From contig NC_082730.1 in NCBI RefSeq assembly GCF_030144855.1, positions 14,198,001 to 14,262,000 on the forward strand: a DNA stretch of 64,000 bases. The letters run 5' to 3'. This document shows positions 1-13,349 of this stretch, piece by piece; position 1 is the stretch's first letter, and each line of letters begins with the position of its first letter. Source of the stretch: Hypanus sabinus (lineage: Eukaryota). Both the position numbers and the translations under genes were made by a program. The notes beneath the pieces were generated by a model that was not told the DNA's origin, made no database searches, and saw only the letters and a list, made by a program, of their open reading frames with translations.

Positions 1-463
1 TGGGATAGATAGCGCTACTCTACATGGAGATTTGTGAGGGTATGGTTCGGTTCTCTCCATGATGCCGATGTCCTGACTTCCTCCTCACTTATGACAAGTT
101 TATTAGCTGCAGAAAGAAACTCCTCATGAACTCTGAAACTGTGCCCTCTGGTTCTGATGGAAATGTTATATTTCTATCTGTCAGATATTTCTATGGGTAC
201 TTAGAAGGTGGTGCAACAGTGGTCGTTACCACTTTAGTGTCTAGAAATCCAGGTGTGTTTTCAATTTCTGCTGGGATATACTGTGTGTTTAAATCTAATT
301 TATTATTTCTGGAATTAAAAACCACATATCCATATATTTAATCCTGTCTTTTGTAAATAAGGGCTCCAAATTTTCAAAAATGTTTCAGGGGAAAGAAATA
401 AATATACATTTAAAACTATTACGAATTCCATGGAGCATGTGGAGATCTTCCAATAACCAGGCA

Positions 464-502
464 TTCTTTCTTTCTTTCTTTCTTTCTTTCTTTTTTTTTT
501 CT
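464..502. repeat. (TTTC)n microsatellite
   Basis: Direct reading. Confidence 0.9.
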
Positions 503-1299
503 ATAGGGCAGTTAGGGGGGAGGGGTTAAGGGGAGGGGGTATGGGTTATATACATTGTTTTTTCATACTTTGTAATCATTTAAAAATGCAATAAAAAAGT
601 TAAAAAAAAACATATCCATAATGATAGTGATCAACTACAAGATTGTCAAAAGCCCATCTGGATCAGTAAGGCCTTTAAGGACAGAAATCTCTCATCCCTC
701 CCCACCCTGGTTTACCTGTGACTCCACATCTAGTAATGTTCTTTACTAATTGCCCCACTGGAATGGCCCAGGAAAGACATTGATATCAATAGAATAAAGT
801 CCATTTACGTAGTGATCCCTGCAGAGTGAGATCAGTTTCCAATAAACCTGATGTTCCCACTTAACACCCTCTAGATTCCATCAGCAGAATATATATATAT
901 TCTTCCCTCACCTGACTCCACACTATATCCTTTTTCTTCTTATCTGCTTCCTCCTCTTATGCATCTCCAAAGTCCACCCCTTTTCCTCTCCATTCCAGTT
1001 GCATGTCATGCTTCACCCCTCCTAAGTCCCCGACCCCCTAGTGGATCCAACCTCACACTTCCCCCTCTCCTACTTATACTCTCCACTCACATTTGAGGCA
1101 GTGTCACAGAAAAATCTTAGCCAATTCCCCTCCCCCTAACAGACGCTGCTTGAGCCGTTGAGTTCCTCCAGGGTGCACTCTGAACTCCAATTTCTCATAT
1201 CTTCTGTGTCTACGGGTTTTCAAGTACTGTTCTGTAAATGGTGTATGACACCCAAACCAACACTGATTATGCAAACGTCCAGCAAAATTTGTCACTTAC

Positions 1300-1336
1300 C
1301 GGGTAGGAAACCAATCAGGACAATTGAAGTCCACAT
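1300..1336 (-). CDS. Leader exon MWTSIVLIGFLP(G-phase1) of a - strand paralog
   Basis: Reverse complement aaaATGTGGACTTCAATTGTCCTGATTGGTTTCCTACCCG|gtaagt. Same length and phase as leader 28774. Confidence 0.75.
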
Positions 1337-1724
1337 TTTTTTTATTCACAGAGACCCAGCCAGGACCTGTCTGTCCTCAGAGAGAAATAACTGTGAAATA
1401 AAAATGAGGAAGAAGACAGCAGGAAGTTAGGTCAAAAAATTAAGAGTGACACAACTGATACGTGACAATCTGGAAAGCTTTTTGGTATATTTAGCAAAAC
1501 AGAAATACTTAAATAATTGCTAAAAATTGAACAAAATTGTGAAAAGAGTTGAAATATTTGACACAATCTACAGTAGATGTTCTACTCTGAATGAACAGTA
1601 AATAGCTGAGGGTGTCCTGAAACAGGGGATTAATCTGAAATGTTGACCACTCTGCCTCCACAGATCCCACATGATTCCAGAAGTTCATCCAGAAGTTTTA
1701 TTTTTTCCTTGACTTAAAATATAC

Positions 1725-1935
1725 TCACTGGAGTTTAGAATAATGAGATGGAATCTCGTAGAAACCTATTGAATATTGAAAGGCCTCAAGTGAGTGGATA
1801 TGGAGAGAATATTTCCTGCAGTAAGTGTGTCTACAAGCAGATGGCACAGCCTCAGAGTACATGAGGTTGATAGGTTCTTGATTTGTAAAGGCATCAAGGG
1901 TTATGGGGAAAACAGGAGAATAGGGTTGAGAAGGC
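1725..1935 (+). mobile_element. CR1-like LINE 3' fragment
   Basis: ggagtttagaataatgagatggaatctc...aagggttatgggg, the typical CR1 ORF2 end seen many times in this window. Confidence 0.7.
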
Positions 1936-4124
1936 CTAATTCTTCTTCAATGCCTTTTGTGTCTTCTGGGCTTCTAATACGGGCACCAATCTTGTGAATC
2001 TCTTCTGCAACATGAATTCTTGAATGCTCATTGCTCATCCAATGCCAGAAGCTTTCTTTAACACCTACTTTACCATCTCCCTCTGTTCCAAATCTCCGGG
2101 AGTTATGGACTTGCAATCCAAGATTTTTTACATCTTTGTGGACCTACCTTGATGATAATTCAATCAAACACAGCACATGAAGAAGACATGACATGAGTCT
2201 TGATGAAGGGTCTCAGCCTGAAAGGTTGATTGTTGACACTTTTCTATAGATTCTGCCTGGTCGTCTGAGTTCCACCAGCTTTTTGCCTGTGATACGATAA
2301 TTTTTGGGAACTTGCTACTGAGCAGGGAGCAAAGTGGGAAATAAGTGAGGTGTAGAAGGGGCTTTTCCTGCAAACTCTGCAAACATACTTGGCTTCATTC
2401 TCTCTTCCCTTTGAACCTCAAAAGCTCACCTATTCTGAATTCTATTCCATCTGTCAGCACAATTTTGTGACCTCTGATGGGATTTCACTTTGCTTCAGTT
2501 GGATTTGAGAGGAAAGCTTCTTAATGGATTTACACATTCACAATGGTGTAAAATCCATATCAGATCCTTTCTTAAAGTAAATTAACTCCACTTGACAGTA
2601 AATGATCTGTGTGAGTAGACAACCCCTGTAGTTTCTATTTCCCACAGAATAATAGAGCACAGAAAAATGGAGAGTTCACACTTGTCAAAGGAGAGAACAT
2701 TTCTATCTTTCCTATCTCACTCCCATGGTCTCCCTGATCCCTGAAACTGCACACCTTTGCTCACCTTCTCTGTAGCTAGCTTCCCAATATCTCTGTTCAC
2801 CTGGTCAGAGATTTCAATGTTACTCAAAGTGTAATCTATCCAGATTTATGCTGTGTGATTCCCTGGGACAAATGAAGTCTGAGGAGAGCTTCAGTACAAG
2901 TGATAACAGTTCTCATGTGTCAGACATATTGGAGAAGTAATAGAGAATCAGCATCAAAACCAGGTTTCATATCACCGGCATACTGTGTATCGCAAAATTA
3001 GCTGTAGATGTATGAAACCTTGACTATCTGTTCACTTCCATAGACGCTGCCTCAGCTGCTGAGTTCCTCCAGCATTTTGTGTGTGTTGCTTTTGATTTCA
3101 TTGTCATGTGAGGGCTGTGCTGATGCAAGAATGTGGCTGATTTACATTTTCCTGAATTTTACCTGCTGACTTTGCAATTGTTTATAAACACTAAATTTCA
3201 CATTGATAAATAGATAAAAGATAAAATAATTCAGTATACACGGAGAGCTTTTGTTACATTGGGTTTGTCTGAGAGGTAAACAGTGCAGTATATTAATCTT
3301 GATTGTGTGTCTGCTTAAATTCTGTACATTGTATAGTATGAGTGCTGACTCTATTGCATCAGTCACTGCTGTCATCAGTGTAATGTTCAGCCTCAGTGAA
3401 GGATGTGGTCAGAACTTCTGTTTTCTTTATTTGTCTTAGCAAACAGAATATCGAGAAGTAACAACAGATGCTACACATTGAGAGATCATTCCTGTCACCA
3501 TGTTCAGATATGACCAATCTGAAGCCGGTTGATAGTTAACTGACCTTCATGTGAACAACGACAGAGGAATAAAACAATAAATGCTAAGCCAAACTAAATT
3601 CATTTCCACAGACGACTGTGGAGGCCAAGTCTTTGGGTATATTTAAAATGGAGTTTGATAGGTTATTGAGTGGTAAGGGTGTCAAAAGTTACTAGCTAAA
3701 TGTGGTTGAGGGTGGTAATAAAACAGCCATTATAGCATGGCAAATCATACTAAATGGGCTGAATGGCCTGATACTATTTCTATGTCATTTTGTCTTACAG
3801 TTTTCTGTTCTTTTGATCTTAAAAGATGGAACAATGCAGGTAGAGGATGGAACAATTAGACATCATGAGGCGTCTACTGGTTTTTCCCTAAATTCTGTTT
3901 TGTAAGAGAAGTAAAGGGAACGCAGGTTCCAACCATCCACTTTGTGAATTGTTTTGGGATGTTCTTAGAAAGGGAAAAGGTCCCTTTCAGAATCAGAATC
4001 TGGTTACTCTCACTGTCTTCTGATGTGAAATGTCGTTTTTGCAGCAGAAAATGTTCAGATTTACAAGTCGGACCAGTGCATCTAGAATTATCTCCGGGTA
4101 ATCACCACCATCAGGTAACACCGG

Positions 4125-5112
4125 GTGAACTCAGCAGGTCAGACAACATCCGTGGAAATGAGCAGTCAACGTTTCGGGCCAAGATCCTTCATCAGGACTG
4201 AAGGAGGAGGAGGCAGGGGCCCTATAAAGAAGGTGGGGGGAGGGTGGAAGGTGCCAGGTGAAAAACCAATCAGAGGAAAGATCAAGGGGTGGGGGAGGGA
4301 AAGCAGAGAGAGGATAGGCTGGAGAGGTGAAGAAGGAATGTAAGGGGAAAGCATTATGGGTAGTAGAAAAAGGCAGAATCATGAGAGAGGTGATAGGCAG
4401 CTAGAAGAGGAGGCAAGGTGAAAGTGGGATGGGGGAAGGGAGAGGGAGGGAATTACCGAAAATTGGAGAATTCGATGTTCATACCAAGGGGCTGGAGACT
4501 ACCCAGACGCTATATGAGGTGTTGCTCCTCCAACCTGAGTTTGGCCTCATCATGGCAGTAGAGGAGGCCATGTACGGACATATCTGAATGGGAATGTGAA
4601 GCAGCGTTGAAGTGGGTGGCAACCGGGAGATCCTGTCTGTTGTGGCAGACAGAGCGGAGGTGCTGAACAAAATGGTCCCCCAATCTGTGTCGCGTCTCAC
4701 TGATGTAGAGGAGGCCACACGGGGAGCACGGGATGCAATAGATGACCCCAACAGACTCATAAGTGAAGTGTTGCATCACCTGGAAGGACAGTTTGGGACC
4801 CTGAATGGTAGTGAGAGAGGAGTTGTAGGGACAGGTGTAGCACTTATGCTTTCAGTAATAAGTACCAGGTGGGAGATCTGTGGGCAGGGATGTGTGGACA
4901 ATGCAGTCGCAGAGGGAATGATCCCTGCAAAAAGCAGAGAGGGGTAAAGAAGAAAAGATGTGCTTAGTGGTGGGGTCCTGTTGAAGGTTGTGTAAGTTGC
5001 GGAGGATAATATGCTGGATCCAGAGGCTGGTGGGGTGGTATGTGAGGACAAGGGGAACACGGTCCATGTAGTGGTGATGGGAGGATGGGGTAAGGGCCGA
5101 AGTGTGGGACAT
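4125..5112 (-). mobile_element. Penelope-like element, 3' part (RT tail + GIY-YIG)
   Basis: ORF 4510-4779 GVIYCIPCSPCGLLYISETRHRLGDHFVQHL; DRVPLVLTYHP; pseudo-LTR gaactcagcaggtc...gtttcgggcc. Confidence 0.9.
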
Positions 5113-5469
5113 CGTTGTGATGTCCTCCAAGTATGATTGAACCAGAGTTTTATAGAGTGTAACATTACCTTCTGGCTCTTGAACTCAGTCCCTCAACTAG
5201 TGATGTCCAATACATCATACACTTGCTTTAACACCTTTACAACTTGTGCAGCAACTTTGAAGAATCTACAGACTTGGAGACCAATATCATTCTGTACCTC
5301 CATATTGCTCAGAAACCTACTATTAACCAGCCTTCAGGCTCGATCCTCCAAAGTGTATCACATCCCATTTTTCAGTGTTAAACCCCATCAATCATTCTCC
5401 ATCCAGCACGCCATCCTGTCTTTACCCTGTTGTAACTTCAAACAATCTTTGTATCACATGCAAACTTAT

Positions 5470-5720
5470 GTACATATGGTACCGTGCAAACGCTATAGGC
5501 ATATGTAAAAATATTCTGTAAAGCCAAGATGCTTTAAAAGAAAACCTACCAGAAATTTGTCTGGCAGATTGCCACAGTTCTTCTCCAGACTTTGGCTGCA
5601 CACTTGCTTCTGATTCTCCAGGTAATCCCAGACAGCCTCAGTGATGTTGAGATCATGGCTCTGTGGAGGCCATACCATCAGAAACCATATAAAACTCTTG
5701 TGTACCTAAATCTGTACACT
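5470..5720 (-). mobile_element. Tc1-like transposase fragment
   Basis: WPPQSHDLNITEAVWDYL resembles the Tc1 WPxQSPDLNPIE motif; decayed TIR near 5470. Confidence 0.75.
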
Positions 5721-6779
5721 GGAATTTTAAATTAAGTAACATTACAGAAGCTTGTTCATATGCAGAAGTATCCTTAAGTCAGGAATTCATAACCTGGGAA
5801 TGAACTGCATAGTCTTTTATCCTACACATCACACCAGATCTGCTTTGTAAACTGACACTCTTCCACTTTTCTGAGGAGGGTTCCTGACCTGAAAGATGAT
5901 TAAGTGGCCATTGAGTGTTTAAAGGCAGAAACTTGTGAGTAATCCATCATCTGTTTGGTGCCTTTCAGAAGGAAGTGAAATTGTGACTGAGTTTAATGAC
6001 TTGCAGAAGCATTTGGCATTGAATTTGCAAAAAGTTTTGGTAATCCATGCTGAGGCTGAGTAAGAGAAGGAGTTTGATGTTTTTCAGACACATCCACAAG
6101 ATGGGCATTTCTATGTTCAACAAACTTAACCGGGGTCATCTAATGCACAGACCCTTCTCAGTGGAAGCATGGATGAGACAGAAATTTCTCATCCCTACCC
6201 ACCTTTGACTCCAGATCTCATAATATTCTTTCCTAATTGCCCCACTGAAAACGACCCAGGATTGACACCGATTTCAAGACAATAGCATCAAAAGTCATAG
6301 GGATCCCTGCAGTGTGAGATCAGATTCCAGCAATGGGAGACCTGATATTTCTGCTTAACTGCCTCCAGGAGATTTCTCCAGCTGGGCGTAATCTCCCCCC
6401 AAGCTGGCTCCACTCTATTACCCTTTTCTTGTTATATTCTTCCACCAGTCACCAAGCTCCAAACTCCAACAATTTTCCTCCCCATTCCATTTGCTTGCCA
6501 TGCTTCACCCATCCTCAGTTTCCAACTACCAAGAGAATTCAGTCTCAGACCTCTCCCTCTCCACTCTGACTTCCCGCAGATTCTTGACCCAAAGCTTTGT
6601 CAAGTCCCTCCCCACTGACAGACATTTTTGACTCATTGAATTCCTCCAGGAGTTTTCACTGAACACCAGATTCCGACAACTTCACTGACTACATTTACTG
6701 CTCTGCACTGCTCTGGAAACTATGCATGACCCCAAACCAACACTGCTTACGCAGATGTCCAGTGTTGTTTGTTACTCAC

Positions 6780-6819
6780 AGGTTAGGAACCCAATCAGAA
6801 GAATCAAAGTCCACAACAT
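6780..6819 (-). CDS. Second leader exon MLWTLILLIGFLT (- strand)
   Basis: Reverse complement aaaATGTTGTGGACTTTGATTCTTCTGATTGGGTTCCTAACCT|gtgagt, within a duplicate of the 1300 cassette. Confidence 0.72.
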
Positions 6820-8276
6820 TTTATTGACAGAGACCTAGCTAGGACCTGTCTATCCTCAGAAAAAAAATGACTACAATTAAAATGAGGAAGGCGGCAGTGG
6901 GATGTTTGATCAAAAAACAACAGTGACCCAAGTGGTGTGTGATACGTGAATATCTGAAAGGCTTTTAGTTATGCTTAGCAAGACAGAAACATTTCAACAA
7001 TTCCCAAAGACTAAGTGAAAGGTGAGAAGTGTTAATATATTGGACACAAGCCACAGTAAATGTTCAAATCTGAAGGAAAAATAAACAGCTGGAGGTGTCC
7101 TGATTAACCTGAAATGTTGACAACTCTGGCTTTGAAGATCCCACCAGACTTCTGAAGGCAGGAGAATGTGGTTGAGAGAGGAGATAAATCAGCCATGATG
7201 GAATGGTGGAATAGACTCAATGGGAAGAGTGGCTGAATTCTCCTGCTATGTTTTTTTCATTTTCCCTTCCTCTGATACAGGCAACAATCTGATGTATCTC
7301 TTCAGCAGTCACTCTGATATTCTCACATCCTTCCTGCTATGCAGCAAACACAACTGCACACCTGCCCCAAGTGTCTCCTAAGCATATTTTTATCCATTTG
7401 CGACATGTATTCTTGAATGCTCTATGCTGTCCTCATGCCATAAGCTCTCTTTACCACCTGCTTTACCATCTCCCTCTGTTCCAGATTTTGGGGAGTTATG
7501 AACTTAACTCCAAGATTTGGACATCATTCTGCATCTGCCTTGGTTATAATTGAAGCAAATATGTCCTGGGAAAGTTGCTGCTGTGAAAGGAGCAAAGTAG
7601 GAAATAGCTGTGATGATGAAGTGCTTTTCATGCAAAGTAACCATGTGATACATCTATTCATTTCCATGGATTCTGAATTCCTCCAGCATTTTGTGTTGTT
7701 GCTTTTGGTTTTATTATAGTTCGAGGATTGAGGTGATCCAAGAATGTACATTGTATCACATGAGTGCTGACATTCTGTACATTGTACAATATGAATGCTG
7801 ACTGTTGCATCAGTCACTGCTGTCATCTGTGTAATGTTCACCCTCAGTGAAGGATGTGGTCAGAACTTCTGTTTTCTTTGTTTGTCTTACCAAACTGAAT
7901 ATAGAGAAGTGCCAATGGTTGCTACACACTGACAGCTTATTCTGGTCTCTTCCACTATTGCCTCATCACTTCTTGGAAAACATTTCAACAGCCATGGTTC
8001 TCTTTGCTGATGGGAACAAGTGCAGAGATACAAAGCATCTTCAGCAAAGCATTATGTTTCAGCAACTAGATCACTGACTAGCAATAACAATTTGGCCATT
8101 TTACCACTGTGTTAATCCTAATAGCAGTCATGCACACACTTTTAAATACAATGGTGGGATTGTAAAACATTTACCACTGTTGTTGATAAATTATCCAAGA
8201 ACTAGAGCTTTATAAGTTATTGGTCCAACTGCACTTGGAATATAGTGAACAGTATTGGGCCTCTTATCTTCAAAAG

Positions 8277-9222
8277 TTTCATATGGTCAGCACTGTGAGC
8301 AGACCCAAATGCAAGATACAGACACTGAAGTACTACGAACTGGACTGGACTAGTGTTAGGGATGGGACAGGACATCAACTAGGAGATGGGACAGGAACAC
8401 AGACTTGGGCTAGGACTTTGGCCAGGAAAGCAGGACCAGGACAAGGAACTGGGAACTAGGAGCCTAGGCTTGGACTCCAAGCCAGAGACTCGGCAAGGAC
8501 CCAGAACCTGGGTCTTGACTCAAGCTCAGACCCCAGAACTAGGTAAAGACATGACTTGGCTACAGGCCTGTATGTGGCTTGGTTTCTTCAAGGTTTGGCT
8601 ACAGGACAAGGTGAGGCTTGGGGTCTTGGCAGATCCGAAACACAGGGCCATGGTCTTGGAAGAACCGGAACACAGGAACATGGAACACAGGGCCAGGACC
8701 TCTCCTTAGGAATAGGACGTGGGGCCAGGGTCTACACAGAGTCAGGACCCCTCTTTGGGAGCAGGATGTAGGGCCAGGACTCATACACAGAACACAAAGA
8801 AACAGTTCCCAAAAGAAGGTAGCAGCAATTGGCCTGACCTACCTAGTGAATGCATGGACACAGAGACAATTCCCAACACAAGGTAGCAGCAAACAGCCAG
8901 ACCTACATAGCAATGGCATGGACACAGAGGCAGTTCCAAACAACAATAGACAGTTCCTTATCTAGACATAGCAAGGCTCCAGTCTTGCTCCAGCAGTAGA
9001 ACTTGTCAGCAAAACAGACAAAGGCTTCAGGAGGAAGGTGAAGGGAACAGTCCAGCAAATGAAGGTGACCCCAGGAGCTATTTATGTAGCCAGCCAAAAA
9101 TGAGAATCAGGTGCCTCAATTAGAGCACCCAACAGGACAAGGGAAAAGTGGAAAACCTGGAAAAAGGAAGACTGGACCGGACCATGAACCGGAATGCGGA
9201 CTTGATGGACCAGATCTTGACA
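8277..9222. mobile_element. Solo-LTR-like element with internal short repeats, inserted in a CR1 fragment (about 8200-9640)
   Basis: Ends t(t)tcat...ttgaca. Shares gacccaaatgca.ga.acagacac with 62295-63338. CR1 sequence resumes on both sides. Confidence 0.6.
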
Positions 9223-9879
9223 GAGTGTGCTGTAGTGGGAAAGGTGTTCAGAGGAGGTTCCCCAAAGTGATCCCAGCAGTGAGAAGATAAATGTATGAGG
9301 AGTGTTTGATGGCTATGGATCTGTACTTGCTGGAGATTAGAAGAATAATGGGTGTGGTGGGAGGGGTTTTCATTAAAATCTCTTGTTTTGTAAAGGGCCA
9401 AGAAGCTAGATGGAGTGTATGTGGAGAGGATGTTTCCTGTGGTGGGAGAGTGCCTGACCAGAAGGTGCTGATCCTTTTGAATTCATTGTCACAGAATTAC
9501 TTTGGAGGACAAATCATTGGATATATGTAAAGCAGAGAATGATATGTTTTTGATTTGTAAAGGTGTTAAAGGTTATGGGGAGAATAGGGTTGAGGGGGAT
9601 AATAACTCAGCCACTAAAGAATTAGGAACAGACCCAATGGGCTGAATGGACTCAGGTTTAACAGGTCCAGATTCACAAGTGGGAACACTGCATCTGGAAT
9701 TATCTTTAGCTCACCAACATCCATCAGAGCTGAAGAGGTCAAGAGCTCCAAACAGACTCTGGTGTTACAGCTTCATGTCTTCACATAGGAGGTAAAGGAT
9801 ATTATGTCATTTTCCTCCTTGTCAGTGAGGCATTTTAAAGTTCAAAATTCAAATTAAATTTATTGCTAAATATGTGCTT

Positions 9880-11430
9880 GTCACCATATATGATACTGAT
9901 TAGAAAGGACATACAACAAAACAAAATTAATGGGAAGATAGAGGATTGGGAGGCTTTTAAAAACCTACAGAAAGCAGCTAAAAAAATTATTAGAAGGGAA
10001 AAGATGAAATACGAAAGTAAGCTAGCAAATAATATCAAAGTGGATAGTAAAAATTTTTTCTAGTATATTAAAAATAAAAGAGAAATGAGAGTGCATATAG
10101 GACCACTGGAAAATGAGGTAGGAGAAATGATAACAGGAGACAAGGAGATGGCTGGTGAACTATATGAGTACTTTGCATCAGTCTTCTCTGTGGAAAACAC
10201 TAGCAGTATGCCTGACTTTGAGGTTTCTGAAGGAAGAGAAGTGGGTGCAGTTACTATTACAAGTGAGAATGTCCTCAAAAAGCTGAACGACCTAAAGGTA
10301 CAGAAGTCTCCTGGATCAGATGAACTGCACTCTAGGGTTCTGAAAGGGCTAATGTTAGAGATTGTAGTGGCATTAGAAATAATCTTTCAAAAATCATTGG
10401 ACTCTGGCATAGAGGACTAGAAAATGACAAAATTCACTCTACTCTTTAAGAAAGGAGAAAGTCAACAGAAAGGAAATTACAGACCAGTTAGTCTGACCTC
10501 AGTGATTGGGAAGATGTTAGAGTCAGTTGTTAAAAATGTGGTGATGGATTGCTTGGTGACACGTGACAAGATAGGATAAAGTCAGCATGGTTTCTTACAG
10601 GGAAAAACTTGCTTGACGAACTATTGGAATACTTTGAGGAGATTCCATGTAAGATAGATAAAGGGGATGCAGTGGATTTTCAGAAGGCCTTTAACAAGGT
10701 GCCACACATGAGGCTGCTTACCAAGGTAAGAGTCCATGGTTTTACAGGAAAGGTACTGACATGGTTAGAGCATGGGCTGATTGGAAGAGGGCAGCGAGTA
10801 GAAATAAAAGGATCCTTGTCTGGTTGGCTGCCAGTGACTAGTGGTGTTCCGCAGGGGTCAGTTTTGGGACCACTTCTTTTTATGCTTTATATAAATGATT
10901 TAGATGATGGAATCATTTGTTGCCAAGTTTGCCAAGGATACAAAGATTGCTGGAGGGGCAGGTGGTGTTGCCGAAACAGGTAGGATGCAGATGGACTTAC
11001 ACAGATTGGGAGAATGGGCAAGAAAGTGGAAGTTGAAATACAGTGTTAGAAAATGCATGGTCATACACTTTGGTAGTAGAAGTAAATGTGCGGTCTAAGG
11101 ATGTTTCCCATGGTGGGAGAGTCTAGGACAACAGGGCACAACCTCAGGATAGAGGTAACCTTTCAAAACAGAGATGCGGAGAAATTTCTTTAGCCAAAGG
11201 GTGGTGCATTTGTGGAATCTATTGCCACCTGCAGCTGTGGAGATCAGGTCATTGGGTGTATTGAAGAAAGAGATTGATATGTTCTTGATTGGACATGGCA
11301 TCAAAGGTTACGGGGGAAGGCTGTGAATATGCTATGGAGGAGAGAAAAAAAGGATCAGCAATGATTGCATGGCAGAGCAGACTCGATAGGCCAGATGGCC
11401 TAATTCTGCACCTATGTCTTATGGATTATG
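9880..11430 (+). mobile_element. CR1-like LINE ORF2 (RT), frameshifted, 5' truncated
   Basis: [47 protein letters not shown]; 3' tail cctatgtcttatgg. Confidence 0.93.
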
Positions 11431-12499
11431 ACAAAAATGCAATTCACTTTCTTTCATTTTCAAGACCCTTTATTGTGCGTTCAAAGGTTACAGTCACAGA
11501 TCAGTACTGAGAAAGGTCACACATTTCATTAGCAGATTCACAGCTTGATGACCACTGCAAGCTGCAATAATTTGCAGCTCACTCATTTTATTCAGGACTC
11601 AAGTTTACTTCCATTGTTCATTCTCCTTTAAGATCTATGTATAGTGATCAGAAATATCAATGATGTGTGCCTTTCTCAGTCCATTTCTACAAAATGTATC
11701 ATGAAAGGTCAGCAATCATGCACATTATCAAATTTGAAAGTACATTTGCTAACTTTGTATTCAAAGTTTGTTTTTGTCACCATAACCTACCTTGAGATTC
11801 ATTTTCTTGCAGTAGATCAAATAAATACAACAGATCAGATACTGATCAAGTAATGGCGACAGGGTTCATACCCGGGAGTGGTCTGAGAGTGAGAAATGGG
11901 CTGAAGTTGGACCATTTAAGCGCTGAGTCAGATGGAAGATGTCAGAGTGTCAGGGCTAGAAGTGGGGCAAGTACAAGTCTGCAATGCCATCTACAGTGAT
12001 GCTTGACTTTGTGATTATAGTCTTGCACTGTTTACTAGGCTTTGGGATGAACTGTGGCAGTTGCCTGCCCCGGCAGCTTTGATGTATGGCTTTGTGTCGT
12101 TCAAAAGACCTTGGTTATTTACTTATTATTAACTTATTAATACTGTAGTATTAGTAGTATTATTTACTTATTATTATTTAATTATTTATGGTTTCATATT
12201 GCTATATTCCTACACTATTCTTGGTTGGTGCGACTGTAATAAAACCTAATTTCCCTCGGGATCAATAAAGTATGTCTGTCTGTCTGTTCTGAATGCTATT
12301 TGATTTCTTTTCTTTTTAATTTGTGAGATATATTTTGTGCATTGGGTGTTTGATGGTCTTTTTTTAGTGGGTTCTTTTGGGGTTTCTTTGTGTTGTGGCT
12401 GCCAGTAAGGTGACGAATCTCAAGGTTGTATAGCATACACATGCCTCTATAATAAATGTGATTTTTACATTGAACTTTGCATATGGTTACTATTAGAAT

Positions 12500-13210
12500 A
12501 CCCCTGAGCTTTGGGGGCATTTTTTTGCCTGACCTTTAGGAGTGGGGCATGTAGTCCAGGAGTGCTGCTCCCCTCTTTGCAGGATCTCGACTGGGATCCC
12601 ATCAAGTCGAATGGCCTCATTGCTTGTCAGGCTTCTGATGGCATCATGCACCTCTTTCATACTGGAAGCTTCCCCCATCTCTTCTTGCACAGGTCTCTCT
12701 TGCTTAGCATTTAAAGACAGAGATGCTTGGTAGCATTTGCTTAGTAATTTCTGGTTCAGCAGTACTGTCTTGAAGGTGCTCTCTCCATTGTTCATTGATA
12801 TTCTTCCATTACTTTAGCAATTTCTATCGATCCTTTGAGTGCAGGGGTTTTAATCTGCAGTAACTTGGTCTATAGACTGCTTTGGTGGTAATGAAGACAC
12901 CTCTCGTGTCACTAGAGTCTGACAGTCTCAGGATTTCCAGGGCTTTCTCAGTCCACCAAGAATTCTTTCACTCCCTCACCTTGTGCTGAACATTGGCTTT
13001 GACTCGGGAGTAGCTTCCCCTTTAGCCTTGACGATGGGGAATGACGATGTCATTCTGCTTGGCACAAAATGCTTTCCACTTCTTGGAGATAAGTTGTTCT
13101 ATATCCATGTTGTCACCAACAACCCAACCCTGATATTTTCTGGACTTTTCCCACGGATATTTTTGCAGGTATTGAGGATGCTGGATTTAGTCTTGGAATG
13201 ATCTACTTCT
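12500..13210 (-). mobile_element. RTE-clade LINE fragment
   Basis: EVHDAIRSLTSNEAIRLDGIPVEIL and WWTEKALEI...DTRGVF..TKAVY on the - strand. Confidence 0.75.
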
Positions 13211-13349
13211 TATGAACCCTAGTCATTTTCATGAGTCAGAAGCACATCAGAATTTTTCATGAGTCTGATGATGAGTATTGTAGGAAAAGCAGTTGAGCTC
13301 AGGGTATCGATCAACACCTGGAATAATGTTATTGCAGCCATTAGTGAGC

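Larger units (their letters stand above)
640..8010. repeat. Tandem segmental duplication: about 640-3560 vs about 6120-8010
   Basis: Colinear matches in intron, leader, promoter and upstream blocks, e.g. cagtcactgctgtcat...cctcagtgaaggatgtggtcagaacttctgttttc at about 3360 and about 7810. Confidence 0.85.

Noticed and set aside
1350-1430. Apparent + strand exon after ttattcacag (and at about 6830)
   Set aside because: Stops occur in all frames in the second copy; the region is the antisense of the leader's 5' UTR and promoter.
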